Translations under genes and position numbers: made by a program
Assembly (NCBI GenBank): GCA_016721305.1
Contig: JADKIH010000007.1
Coordinates: 112,595-176,594 of the forward strand
From: Bacteroidota bacterium
Lineage (GTDB): Bacteria; Bacteroidota; Bacteroidia; AKYH767-A; 2013-40CM-41-45
DNA: 64,000 nt
Direction: 5' to 3'
Notes under the pieces: model-generated
Told to the model about the DNA's origin: nothing
The model's database searches: none
Seen by the model: the letters and a program-made list of their open reading frames with translations, nothing else
Shown: positions 8,887-19,358 of the stretch, in pieces
Layout of the letters: every line of letters begins with the position of its first letter
Numbering within the stretch: the stretch's first letter is position 1

Positions 8887-9648
8887 ATGAAATTCACATT
8901 TTTGGGCACCGGCACTTCGCAAGGTGTTCCTATGATAGGTTGTAGGTGCAAGGTGTGCACATCTTCCGATCCTCATGATGCACGGCTTCGTACGTCTCTG
9001 ATGATCGAAGAAGGTGATTCCCGCATCGTAATCGATTCCGGTCCCGACTTCCGACAACAAATGCTAAGAACGGCTGTACAGTCGCTCGACGCTATTGTTT
9101 TTACCCACGAACACAAAGATCATATTGCCGGCCTGGACGATGTGCGTGCGTTTAATTACCTCCAGCAACGCCCAATGGACGTTTATGCTACAGAGCAAGT
9201 TCAGGTGGCTTTAAACAGGGAATTCCATTACATCTTTAACGGTGACAACTACCCGGGAATTCCAAAGATCAATCTGCACGAAATTCACGATGCAGCCTTT
9301 GAAGTTGCCGGAATTCGTTTCATTCCAATACCCGTCATGCACATGCGACTTCCGGTTCTCGGTTTCAAAGTAGGAGGGTTCTCATATATCACCGACGCGA
9401 ATTACATTCCGGATGCTTCGAAAGAACTAATTCGAAATTCCGACGTTCTTGTTTTAAATGCTCTGCGTAACGAAAAACACATTTCGCATTTTAATCTGAA
9501 CGAAGCACTTGAAATGATTGAAGAGCTTCAGCCGAAACAGGCTTATCTTACCCACATTTCACATCAATTAGGATTACAAAAAGAGATCGATGAAATATTA
9601 CCGGCACATGTAAAATGTGCATTCGATGGTTTAACCGTGACTCTTTAA
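8887..9648 (+). CDS. MBL-fold metallo-hydrolase (PhnP/GumP-like)
   Basis: 253 aa with an HxHxDH motif (THEHKDHIAGLDD). Confidence 0.7.
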   Translation: MKFTFLGTGTSQGVPMIGCRCKVCTSSDPHDARLRTSLMIEEGDSRIVIDSGPDFRQQMLRTAVQSLDAIVFTHEHKDHIAGLDDVRAFNYLQQRPMDVYATEQVQVALNREFHYIFNGDNYPGIPKINLHEIHDAAFEVAGIRFIPIPVMHMRLPVLGFKVGGFSYITDANYIPDASKELIRNSDVLVLNALRNEKHISHFNLNEALEMIEELQPKQAYLTHISHQLGLQKEIDEILPAHVKCAFDGLTVTL

Positions 9649-9660
9649 TTTTTCTCCTAA

Positions 9661-11772
9661 TTATACCAGTTGGTTTTTTTTGCTGACGAAATATATCCCT
9701 GAAAATAACAGGAGTATTGTCAAGCCAATCAATCCCCATTCACCAAGCGTAGGAACTGCCGCCGGCGTTCCATATCTCATTTCCATTCTTGCAGGAGGAG
9801 AGTCTGCTTGCCAGTCGGCTCCATAATTTGTACTTATTTCTAAAGCGCATCCACGAAGTATGACATTCGGAAAGAACCACCCTGATCGGTAATCCATATT
9901 TGTCCGTACGAATGAAGCGTCGGGCTTTCTCTGATCACAACTCCCGCAGGCAAAGTTCCGCCAATTAAATCCAGTTGAATTATCTCCGTGTCGAAAACTC
10001 TGAGAGGTAAAGCTGTTTGAACCAATTCAACCTTTTGTTTTAAAAGAGCTGTACAGGAAACAGGAATTGCACCGCTTCCTGAATTATAGGTACCGGTAAA
10101 ATCACAGGTGAAAGAAATGATCGAAGAACCGGAAGCGGGAAGTGGAGCACCGGGTGAAAAATTCTTGAACACAGCATTAGAGATCGAAATGCCGCCACCA
10201 TTATAAATGCTGACACTCGTGATAATAATTGGAGGATTAGTTGTAATGATTGGTGGAGTCGGAGGCAGGCTATCGTTTGGTACAATAACTTCCTCATGAG
10301 GAACAGCTGTTGCAAATTTCACAATTCCTCCATCCCAATTTCCGCCACCAAAAGTATTTTGATGACCACCTGAAGCAATACCGGTTGTACTCTTTACGGT
10401 GCCGGCTAAATAAACATCACCAAATACATTTACGGTGACACGTGCTTCTTCTTCATGAAGATTTCCGTAGTATGTAGCACTGGCACGAAAGCCATTTGAA
10501 GTGAAAGCAGCCAGGCATAAATTTTCTGTACCAATCAATGTATTCTGAAAACCATAAGGGGTCGCAATGCAATTACCAACGTTAGGCGTATAGGTATCTG
10601 AAGTCAGAAAAACATTTCCAAAAGCATCGGCTGCAACATCCGTTCCTTCATCATTCCCGGTTCCTCCGTAATAAGTACCCCAAACGCGGTTTCCTGCAGC
10701 ATCGAATTTTACAAGGTAAGCGTCAGCCCATCCGCCAAACGTATTTTGAAAGCCGCCTGAAGCAATATTATTCGGGCTGTCCGTTCTTCCGGAAAGATAA
10801 ATAAAGCCTGATGGACCTGTGGCAATACCAAATCCCCACTCAGTTCCTGTTCCACCATAATAAGTCGACCATATTGTATTACCTGATGGATTAAACTTCG
10901 CAACAAAAGCATCCTGATCACCACCTGATACATTTTGAAATCCACCCGACGCAATACTATTCGTACTGCTTGTAGATCCGCCAATCACAATATTTCCTGA
11001 AGCATCAACAGCAATGTCAAAACCATAATCCTGATCGGTGCCGCCGAAATAACTTCCCCATAACCGTGTACCTGACGAATTATATTTTACCAGAAACGCA
11101 TCCTGAAAACCACCACTGCTTGGTTGGTGAGTTCCTCCGGTTCCAATATTAGTGGTACTTCCCGTCGTTCCTGTCATATAAACATTGCCTGCAGCATCCG
11201 TTGCTACATCAGCTCCCTGATCAAAATCCGAACCGCCACAATACGTCGCCCAAAGTCGATTTCCATTTGAGTCAAATTTTACAAGGAAAGGCATCATCCA
11301 CGCCATTAAATGTAGATTGAAACGCACCCGGAGATGCAATTCCGGTTGTACTTTCAGTATATCCGGTTATGTATACATTTCCTGAATTATCTGTTCTAAC
11401 ACCATATCCAAAATCACCACCCGAACCTCCGTAATATGTTGCCCAAAGACGAACACCTGCACCATTAAATTTTACAAGATATGCATCAGCACCTCCTGCA
11501 TTAGCTGTTTGATAAGCCCCCGGACTGGAGATCCCACTTGCGCTATAAGTCCAACCGACTACATAAACATTACCTGCGGCATCTGTCGTAACAGCATTCG
11601 CAAAATCGTCAGCTGATCCTCCGTAGTAAGATGCCCAGAGTCGGTAGTTTTGTGCGATGCTAAAATTTGTGATAGCAGCGAAAACCAAAAACAAGAGTAA
11701 TTGCTTTTTCATTGGAATTATTTTTGCGTGGGATAAGAAATAAAGACTGATAAAAATTCCGGAATCTCCCAA
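9661..11772 (-). CDS. secreted SBBP (beta-propeller) repeat protein with IPTL-CTERM-like sorting tail; reading frame broken twice
   Basis: Three overlapping ORFs (11272-11772, 9840-11339, 9661-9897) encode one protein. It has a signal peptide (MKKQLLLFLVFAAITNFSIAQ) and about 10 repeats of the form YGGxxxDxGxxVxxDxxGNVYxTGxTxS. The extreme C-terminus AAVPTLGEWGLIGLTILLLFSGIYFVSKKNQ matches IPTL-CTERM: a PTLxEWG motif, then a TM helix, then a basic tail. Confidence 0.6.
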
Positions 11773-11936
11773 AGCCTTATCAGGCGCTGAAATTCACGGT
11801 GGTGGTGGTATTTTCCAAAGATAGATTTTATTCTTTCACTTCAAAATCAAAAAACAAATTCATGGGAATAAACGGTATGACATAATGCAGAATCAAGCAA
11901 AATCGTATATTTAACGAAGCCAGTACGGAATAAACT

Positions 11937-12516
11937 ATGGGATATAACAAAGCAAAAAAGAGCAGGAAAATCAATTCAGGCAAAAACCTATGGTTGTTGA
12001 AATTTAAAGAAAACTGGAATTCAAAGAAACCTGTCCTTCTCTTTGTTTTAATTTTCCTTCTCATTCTGGTCGCTTTTATTCGTTCCTGCTCACCGCCTTT
12101 TATCTGGAAAAATTCAACCGCGAATTGTTAACGTCAATGCTGCAATTTCAAATTTTATACTGAATACCCTCGGACAGAAAACAACCGCCGTGGCTGAAAA
12201 TATTTATTCTGCAGCTTTTAACATTAGCGTAAAACGGGGATGCGATGGAGTAGAAGCAATGGCACTTTTTGCCGCAGCATTACTGGCATATCCTGCAGCC
12301 TGGAAACTGAAGGCGAAAAATCTGCTCATCGGAATTAGCCTGCTTTTTTGTTTAAATATCATTCGCATTGTAAGTCTGTTTATGATTGGAGTCTATAAGC
12401 CACAATACTTCGAAACTTTTCACATTGAAGTCTGGCAAGTCATTTTTATTCTTGTTGCTGTAACGATGTGGATCATTATGTTGAGCAGGTATTCAAAAGC
12501 AAAATCACATGCTTAA
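11937..12516 (+). CDS. xrtF: exosortase family protein XrtF (frameshifted near 12055-12075)
   Basis: Multi-TM protein with a conserved Cys motif (VKRGCDGVEAMALFAAALLAY, compare the exosortase CSG motif) and an Asn/Arg motif (CLNIIRIV). It is followed by the obligate partner gene. Confidence 0.5.
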
Positions 12517-13129
12517 AAGAAACCCTGTCATCTTCTTTTTTCTAAAAGCATTGCTTGTCTATGCGCTCTTGGCTTTCCCTTCATTTCTTTCAAAAGGTTA
12601 TGAAAAATTTTACCGTTCGGTGTCCCGAACATTTCTATCAACTGTGAGAGGAACCGGGTTTTGTGTCTTTGAGTCCAAAAATGACATTTCGGATACGGAG
12701 ATAATAATCGGGAACAAAACTCAGCTCGACGAGAATCAGAGAACTCGAACAATGAATATTCCGGTTAATTCCCACCAGGACGGCTACCTGCCAACCATAT
12801 TACTCCTGTCGTTAATTCTGGCTTCGCCAATTCCTGTTAGAAGGAAAGGGAGGGCACTTATCATCGGATTTGTGCTCATGACAGCCTTCGTCTTGTTCAA
12901 AGTTTGGATCCGAATAATGTACACCTGCGACACCAATCCGTGGCTCCAATTGACTAATCCATCCAATTCCCAAATGAAAATAGTGAGCTTTATCAAAGTC
13001 AATTTCGTTACCTACGGAGCCCCATCTCTGACGCTCACCGTCATCTTATGGCTGCTGATATCATTTACCAAAAACGACGTCGAAGCATTTCATCAAACAA
13101 ATTTTCCAATCCGAAATTCCGGAAAATAG
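12509..13129 (+). CDS. exosortase F system-associated membrane protein
   Basis: 206-aa TM protein overlapping the XrtF stop, in the typical XrtF-partner arrangement. Confidence 0.45.
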   Translation: MLKRNPVIFFFLKALLVYALLAFPSFLSKGYEKFYRSVSRTFLSTVRGTGFCVFESKNDISDTEIIIGNKTQLDENQRTRTMNIPVNSHQDGYLPTILLLSLILASPIPVRRKGRALIIGFVLMTAFVLFKVWIRIMYTCDTNPWLQLTNPSNSQMKIVSFIKVNFVTYGAPSLTLTVILWLLISFTKNDVEAFHQTNFPIRNSGK

Positions 13130-13329
13130 TAGCGAGAATCATCTTTAAATAAAAGGTTTCAAAAATTTGATTTTAAATTACTTAGGCCGCAATAAGAGGA
13201 ATCGCCTTAAAGATGTTTTTTTCTAGTTTTTCAATGACATTAAACGTGATTTATCAGAGCTGAACAACCTGACACTTTAGGATATTTTGAAAGATGAAGT
13301 CTCAATCTCCATCAAATTGAGCCTCCATT

Positions 13330-13440
13330 TTCAATCTGCACTATTCAATCTTCCTTAAAAAACCCGCCTCAATCTTCAATTTTCAATATTCAATCTTCAA
13401 TAAATACGTCTCCAATCTTCAATAAATTCCGCTACTTTTG
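13330..13440. repeat. Degenerate tandem repeat (TTCAATCTTCAATA-like) in the ffh upstream region
   Basis: Direct read: ctcaatcttcaattttcaatattcaatcttcaataaatacgtctccaatcttcaataaa. Confidence 0.45.
13431..13438 (+). promoter_or_regulatory. putative Bacteroidetes sigmaA -7 element (TACTTTTG)
   Basis: Matches TAnnTTTG about 30 bp upstream of the ffh ATG. Confidence 0.25.
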
Positions 13441-13467
13441 CCCTGCTTACAAAATCGATGATTTATT

Positions 13468-14802
13468 ATGTTCGAGAATTTATCCGACAAGCTCGAAAGG
13501 GCGTTTAAAGTATTAAAAGGCGAAGGCAAGATTACGGAAATCAACGTAGCGGAAACGCTAAAGGAAGTCCGTAAAGCACTTTTGGATGCCGACGTTAACT
13601 TCAAAGTAGCCAAGCAATTTACAGATACGGTTAAGGAAAAAGCTTTCGGTCAGAATGTAATGACGTCGGTTTCTCCCGGACAATTGATGGTCAAGATCGC
13701 CCACGATGAGTTGGTTCAGTTGATGGGTGGCGATAAGGTAGACGTTAATATCAACGAAAACCCGTCGATCATTTTGATGTCCGGTCTGCAAGGATCGGGA
13801 AAGACAACCTTATCAGGAAAGCTGGCATCATTCTGGAAATCGAAGCGCCAGAAGCTTCCTTTGCTCGTTGCCTGTGACGTTTATCGTCCGGCCGCTATTG
13901 ATCAGTTGAAAGTTCTTGGTGAACAAATTGGCGTTCCTGTTTACTCCGAAGAAGGAAATAAAAACCCGGTTGAAATTGCGAAAAACGGTATTGCCTTCGC
14001 AAAGCAATTCCATCATAATCTGGTGATCATCGATACGGCCGGTCGTTTAGCGATCGACGAGGAGATGATGAACGAAATTGAAGCCATTAAGAAGGCCATC
14101 AATCCGCATGAAATTCTCTTCGTCGTGGATGCGATGACAGGTCAGGATGCTGTGAATACGGCAAAGGCCTTCAACGATCGACTCAACTTCGATGGCGTTG
14201 TTCTGACAAAGCTCGACGGTGATACGCGTGGTGGTGCGGCGCTTTCCATTAAATCGGTTGTAAATAAGCCAATCAAATTTGTCGGTACCGGTGAAAAGCT
14301 CGACGCATTGGATATTTTCTATCCAAGTCGTATGGCCGATCGTATTCTGGGCATGGGTGATATCGTATCACTCGTAGAAAAAGCTCAAGAGCAGTTCGAC
14401 GAAGTAGAAGCAGCGAAACTCCAGAAAAAAATTGCCAAGAATCAGTTTGGTTTCGACGACTTCCTGAGTCAGATTCAGCAAATCAAGAAGATGGGAAACA
14501 TGAAAGACCTTTTAGGTATGATTCCCGGAGTCGGAAAAGCTGTTCGCGATATTGATATTAGTAACGATTCATTCAAACATATTGAAGCCATTATTCACTC
14601 GATGACCAAAGAAGAGCGCTCTAATCCGGCGATCATCAATGGAAGTCGTCGCCAGCGCATTGCGAACGGAAGCGGAACTTCCATTCAGGATGTGAACAAA
14701 CTCATCAAGCAATTTGATGAGATGAGAAAAATGATGAAGATTTTCTCAAACAAAGATCAGGCTGCCAAGATGATGAGAAATATGCCGGGAATGAGGAGAT
14801 AA
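13468..14802 (+). CDS. ffh: signal recognition particle protein Ffh
   Basis: 444 aa with the SRP54 N, G (GLQGSGKTT) and Met-rich M domains. Confidence 0.95.
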   Translation: MFENLSDKLERAFKVLKGEGKITEINVAETLKEVRKALLDADVNFKVAKQFTDTVKEKAFGQNVMTSVSPGQLMVKIAHDELVQLMGGDKVDVNINENPSIILMSGLQGSGKTTLSGKLASFWKSKRQKLPLLVACDVYRPAAIDQLKVLGEQIGVPVYSEEGNKNPVEIAKNGIAFAKQFHHNLVIIDTAGRLAIDEEMMNEIEAIKKAINPHEILFVVDAMTGQDAVNTAKAFNDRLNFDGVVLTKLDGDTRGGAALSIKSVVNKPIKFVGTGEKLDALDIFYPSRMADRILGMGDIVSLVEKAQEQFDEVEAAKLQKKIAKNQFGFDDFLSQIQQIKKMGNMKDLLGMIPGVGKAVRDIDISNDSFKHIEAIIHSMTKEERSNPAIINGSRRQRIANGSGTSIQDVNKLIKQFDEMRKMMKIFSNKDQAAKMMRNMPGMRR

Positions 14803-14817
14803 TTAAACTGCATTCTT

Positions 14818-15699
14818 ATGATTTTACTGGACGGTAAGCTTGTCAGCGCTGAGATGAAACTCAAACTGAAAGCTGAAGTAACCGAAATGGTAGCAGCGGG
14901 AAAACGCGCACCACACCTTTGTGCCATTCTTGTGGGAAACAATGGCGCTTCCGAAACCTATGTCTCCAGTAAAGTCCGAAATTGCGAAGAAGTCGGATTT
15001 GGTTCATCGCTCATTCGCTTCGACAGTGATATTTCCGAAGAAGTTTTGCTCGACAAAATTCATGAGATCAACGACGATGAAACAATCGACGGCTTGATCG
15101 TTCAGCTTCCTTTACCACCTCAAATAAACGTACAAAAAGTTACTGAAGCAATCAGTCCTTCGAAAGACGTCGATGGTTTCCATCCGACCAATTCCGGACG
15201 ACTTATGCAAAACCTTCCGGCTTTCATTCCGGCCACTCCTTATGGTATTTTGATGATGCTCGACTATTACGGCATTCAGACCGAAGGAAAGACTTGTGCC
15301 GTTATCGGACGTAGTAATATCGTCGGTATGCCAATGAGTGTTCTGATGGCCCGCAATGACTCTCCGGGGAATTGTACGGTAACTCTGTGCCATAGCAAGA
15401 CGAAAAATCTGGAGCAGGTGACAGCAGCCTCCGACATCATTGTTGCAGCCCTCGGCCGTCCCGGTTTTGTCAAGGAAAACATGGTAAAAGAAGGTGCAAT
15501 CGTGATTGATGTCGGTATTACCCGTGTACCATCTGCAACCACAAAAAGTGGCTTTAAAATTGCAGGGGACGTCGACTTTCAGAACGTATCCTCTAAATGC
15601 GCATATATTTCACCGGTTCCCGGAGGCGTAGGGTTAATGACAATCATCGGTTTATTAAAAAACACGATGGCCGCCGCGAAGAAGGAAATCTCTTTCTAA
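14818..15699 (+). CDS. folD: bifunctional methylenetetrahydrofolate dehydrogenase/cyclohydrolase
   Basis: 293 aa: ILVGNNGASETYV...VIGRSNIVGMP. Confidence 0.9.
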   Translation: MILLDGKLVSAEMKLKLKAEVTEMVAAGKRAPHLCAILVGNNGASETYVSSKVRNCEEVGFGSSLIRFDSDISEEVLLDKIHEINDDETIDGLIVQLPLPPQINVQKVTEAISPSKDVDGFHPTNSGRLMQNLPAFIPATPYGILMMLDYYGIQTEGKTCAVIGRSNIVGMPMSVLMARNDSPGNCTVTLCHSKTKNLEQVTAASDIIVAALGRPGFVKENMVKEGAIVIDVGITRVPSATTKSGFKIAGDVDFQNVSSKCAYISPVPGGVGLMTIIGLLKNTMAAAKKEISF

Positions 15700-15748
15700 T
15701 TTTACTGCGAAACATCCGTTTGGATGTGCTTTACCTTAATAATCACGA

Positions 15749-16357
15749 ATGACAGAATTAATCAAGTACCCTGTGATGGAAGATTTCTATACCATCCAGG
15801 GAGAAGGCTATAATACGGGCCGTCCTGCTTACTTTGTAAGACTAGGCGGTTGCGATGTGGGATGTGTGTGGTGCGATGTAAAAGAATCGTGGGATGCCGG
15901 CAAACACATATTGTTGAGTATCGATGACATCCTGAAAAAAGTTGAATCAGGCACCGGCGATAATGTAGTAATTACAGGTGGCGAGCCGGCGATGTACGAT
16001 TTAAAACCGCTGACCGATTCGCTTCATCATAAGTTCTACAACTGCTGGATCGAAACCAGTGGCGCATATCCAATCAGTGGCGACTGGGAATGGATTTGTG
16101 TTTCGCCAAAGAAATTCAAATCACCATTACCCGAATCCTTATACAAAGCCAACGAATTAAAAGTAATCGTCTTCAATAAAAGTGATTTCGATTTCGCTCT
16201 GGAGAATGCAAAAGGAGTAAACCCCGATTGCCAGTTATTCTTCCAACCCGAACATTCCAAATTCAATGAAATGATGCCACTCATCGTTGATTTCGTAAAA
16301 GCAAATCCACTGTGGCGAATCTCACTGCAGACGCATAAGTTCATGCAAATCCTTTAA
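15749..16357 (+). CDS. queE: 7-carboxy-7-deazaguanine synthase (radical SAM)
   Basis: 202 aa with CDVGCVWCD Cys cluster. Confidence 0.8.
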   Translation: MTELIKYPVMEDFYTIQGEGYNTGRPAYFVRLGGCDVGCVWCDVKESWDAGKHILLSIDDILKKVESGTGDNVVITGGEPAMYDLKPLTDSLHHKFYNCWIETSGAYPISGDWEWICVSPKKFKSPLPESLYKANELKVIVFNKSDFDFALENAKGVNPDCQLFFQPEHSKFNEMMPLIVDFVKANPLWRISLQTHKFMQIL

Positions 16358-16365
16358 GGAATTTA

Positions 16366-16435
16366 TGAATTCAGAATTATGAATTATGAATCTGGTTTCT
16401 GAATTTTAAATTCTAAATTTTGAATTACATTTCCG
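16366..16435. repeat. Degenerate AT-rich repeat (GAATTATGAATT-like) between queE and the OmpA gene
   Basis: Direct read. Confidence 0.4.
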
Positions 16436-16493
16436 TGTAAATTTCCGTGATTGGAGCCTGCCCCTTGGGGGTGGGAAACAAATTAAAGAAAAT

Positions 16494-18444
16494 ATGAAAA
16501 TTAAAAGCTTCTTACTGACCCTGCTCATCACTCTCTCACTCGCGACATACGCACAAAATAAGGAGGAGTTAACTTCATCTGTACCAAAAGCCGTTAGAGC
16601 ATTCGAAACAGCTTTGAAATACTACGATGGCAGGTTGAACCAAAAAGCAGTTGAAGCACTTGATGAGGCAATCGAAGCCGACCCTAAATTTGTAGAAGCA
16701 CATACATTGAAGGGCAACATTCTCTCCGACATGAAAGAATATGAAAAGGCCATTGCCAGTTATAAGAATGCAATTACAGCGAGTCCTGATTTTTTCCCAA
16801 ACACGTATTACTCACTCGGAAAATTACAATACCGAGCCGGGCATTATGAAGAAGCAAAATCTTCGTTCACAAAATTTTTAAGTTATGATAAAATCAGCCC
16901 GGGGCTAAAGCAAGGAGCAAATGTTCTGAGTGCGAATTGTGATTTTGCAATCAATGCAGTTAAAAATCCTGTAGCATTTGACCCGACGAATATGGGTGAT
17001 AGCATCAACTCAAAAGAAGACGAGTATTTCCCATCGTTTACAGTAGATGGACAATCTTTGCTCTTCACTCGTAAATTACCTTCAGGGAGAACATTTCAGG
17101 AAGACTTTTATAAATCAGAGTTAAAAGGATCTTCGTGGTCATTTGCAAAAGCTGTTACCGAGTTAAATACACCGGCTAACGAAGGAGCGTCTTTTATGAC
17201 GGCCGATGGACAATACTTATTTTTTGCCTCTTGTGAAGAGCTTGGAAATCCTGATTCGCGTCCGACCAAGGGAAGCTGCGATATTTTCATTGCTAAAAAA
17301 GTCGGCGATAAATTTATGAATCCGCGTGATTTGCTTGAACCGCTGAATTCAGGTGGATGGGAAAGTCAGCCATCATTTTCAACAGATGGAAGAACAATTT
17401 ACTTCGTAAAAAAAGTGAAAGAAGCTTCGAATCAAACTCACACCGATATTTATATTTCTCAATTAGACGATAAAGCAAATTGGAGCGTTCCTGTTTCAGT
17501 AAGTGATAAGATCAATACAAAGATGAATGAAAGCGCCGTCTTTATTCATCCCGATGATCAGACATTTTATTTCACATCAAACGGACATCCGGGAATGGGA
17601 GGAGAGGATATTTTTTATTCACGTCGTCAGATCGATGGAACTTGGGGCGATCCTGTAAACTTAGGCTATCCGATAAATACCGTCAACGATGAATTTGGTT
17701 TTGCCGTAAGTCCCGATGCTAAAACAGGGTACTTTGTTTCTGATCGTCCGGGCGGTTTGGGTGGTCTCGATTTATATTCATTTCCATTGTACGAAAGTGC
17801 GAGACCAAAAATCGTAACATACATGAAAGGTCGAGTTTTCGATAGTGAAACGAATGCACCTTTGGATGCATCTTTTGAATTGATTGATCTCGGTACTGGA
17901 AAAGTTATGGTTCGATCTGTGTCTGATTCCAAAACCGGTGAATTTCTTTTATGCCTTCCAACCGGCAAAACAATATGCGCTCAATGTTTCACGTTCCGGC
18001 TATTTATTCTATTCCGATCACTTCGAATTGAAAGATCCTGCTACAGCAAGTAAGCCTGTCAAAAAAGATATTCCGCTCAAACCAATCAAAGCCGGACAAA
18101 CCATTGTCCTCAACAATATCTTTTACGAAACCGACAAGTTCGATTTAAAGCCGGAATCAAAAATTGAATTGGATCGATTAGTAAGTTTCCTGAACAACAA
18201 TCCGAAAGTCCATTTCGAAATCAGCGGTCACACCGATAATGTAGGCGGAAAAGAGTACAACAAAACGCTCTCTGAAAAGCGTGCAAAAACCGTCTATGAT
18301 TATTTAGTCACCGCCGGAATTCCTGCAACAAGAATGAGTTCAAAAGGTTTTGGAGACACCGTCCCTGTTGCCGAAAACACATCCGATGCCGGTAGAGCGA
18401 AGAATCGGAGGACGGAGTTTAAGGTGACTTCTTTGGACAATTAG
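16494..18444 (+). CDS. OmpA family protein with N-terminal TPR and TolB-like beta-propeller repeats (frameshift near 17950-18050)
   Basis: Two overlapping ORFs. The C-terminal OmpA-like domain reads NNIFYETDKFDLKPES...HTDNVGGKEYNKTLSEKRA. Confidence 0.75.
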
Positions 18445-18548
18445 CTAATGGGCTGATTAGCTAATTAGCTAATGATGTTTCATCGGAAGCAGTTGGTGTA
18501 GCGCCATCAGCTAATCAGCTAATCAGCTAATCAGCTAATCAGCTAATT
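18441..18548. repeat. Inverted pair of (AGCTRATT)n arrays forming a potential long hairpin between the convergent OmpA and kdsA genes
   Basis: Left arm ttagctaatgggctgattagctaattagctaatga; right arm atcagctaatcagctaatcagctaatcagctaatcagctaatt. Confidence 0.75.
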
Positions 18549-19354
18549 GGCAACAGCACGTATCGCCACCAACTTCACCAACAACCCCTCCAGCAAATCC
18601 AAATGCAGCATATTAGCGCCGTCGGATTTTGCGTTTTTCGGGTCGGGGTGAGTTTCTACGAAGATGCCGTCGAAGCCCGTAACAATTCCTGCTTTAGCGA
18701 TGAGTTCTATGAGATCGGGACGACCGCCGGTAACACCGGAAGCTTGATTGGGTTGTTGCAGTGAGTGTGTGATATCGAGAATGACAGGAACATTATTCTT
18801 CTTCATTTCAACAACGCCACGGTAATCAACGATCAAATCCTGATAGCCGAACATCGTTCCGCGCTCGGTGAGCATGACGTGATTATTTCCGGCACCGCGA
18901 ACTTTATCCACAGCAAATTTCATTGACTCGGCTGCGAGAAATTGTCCCTTCTTGATGTTTACGGTTTTGCCCGTTTCTGCAGCAGCAACTAAAAGTTCTG
19001 TCTGGCGACAAAGAAAAGCCGGGATCTGCAGTACATCGACGTACTTCGCAGCAATTGCAGCGTCATCGCTTTCGTGAATATCGGTTACAATGGGCACCTG
19101 AAAAGTATCACGAACTTTTTCAAAATCTCCAATGCGTTTTCATCGCCTATACCGGTGAATGAATCCGTACGAGTACGATTTGCTTTGCGATAGCTAGCTT
19201 TAAAAATAAAAGGAATTTTTAAACGGTCTGTAATTTCTTTAACTCGTTTTGCGATTCCCATCGTCATTTCTTCGCTTTCAACTACACATGGTCCTGCAAG
19301 GAGGAAGAAATTTCCGGAATCGGTATTTTTTATAAATGGAATATGATTCAACAT
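18543..19354 (-). CDS. kdsA: 3-deoxy-8-phosphooctulonate synthase (1-bp deletion in an A6 run near 19128)
   Basis: Two ORFs. The N-terminal half reads LNHIPFIKNTDSGNFFLLAGPCVVESEE. Restoring one A gives the continuous ILKKVRDTFQVPIVTDIHE. Confidence 0.85.
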
Positions 19355-19358
19355 CGCA

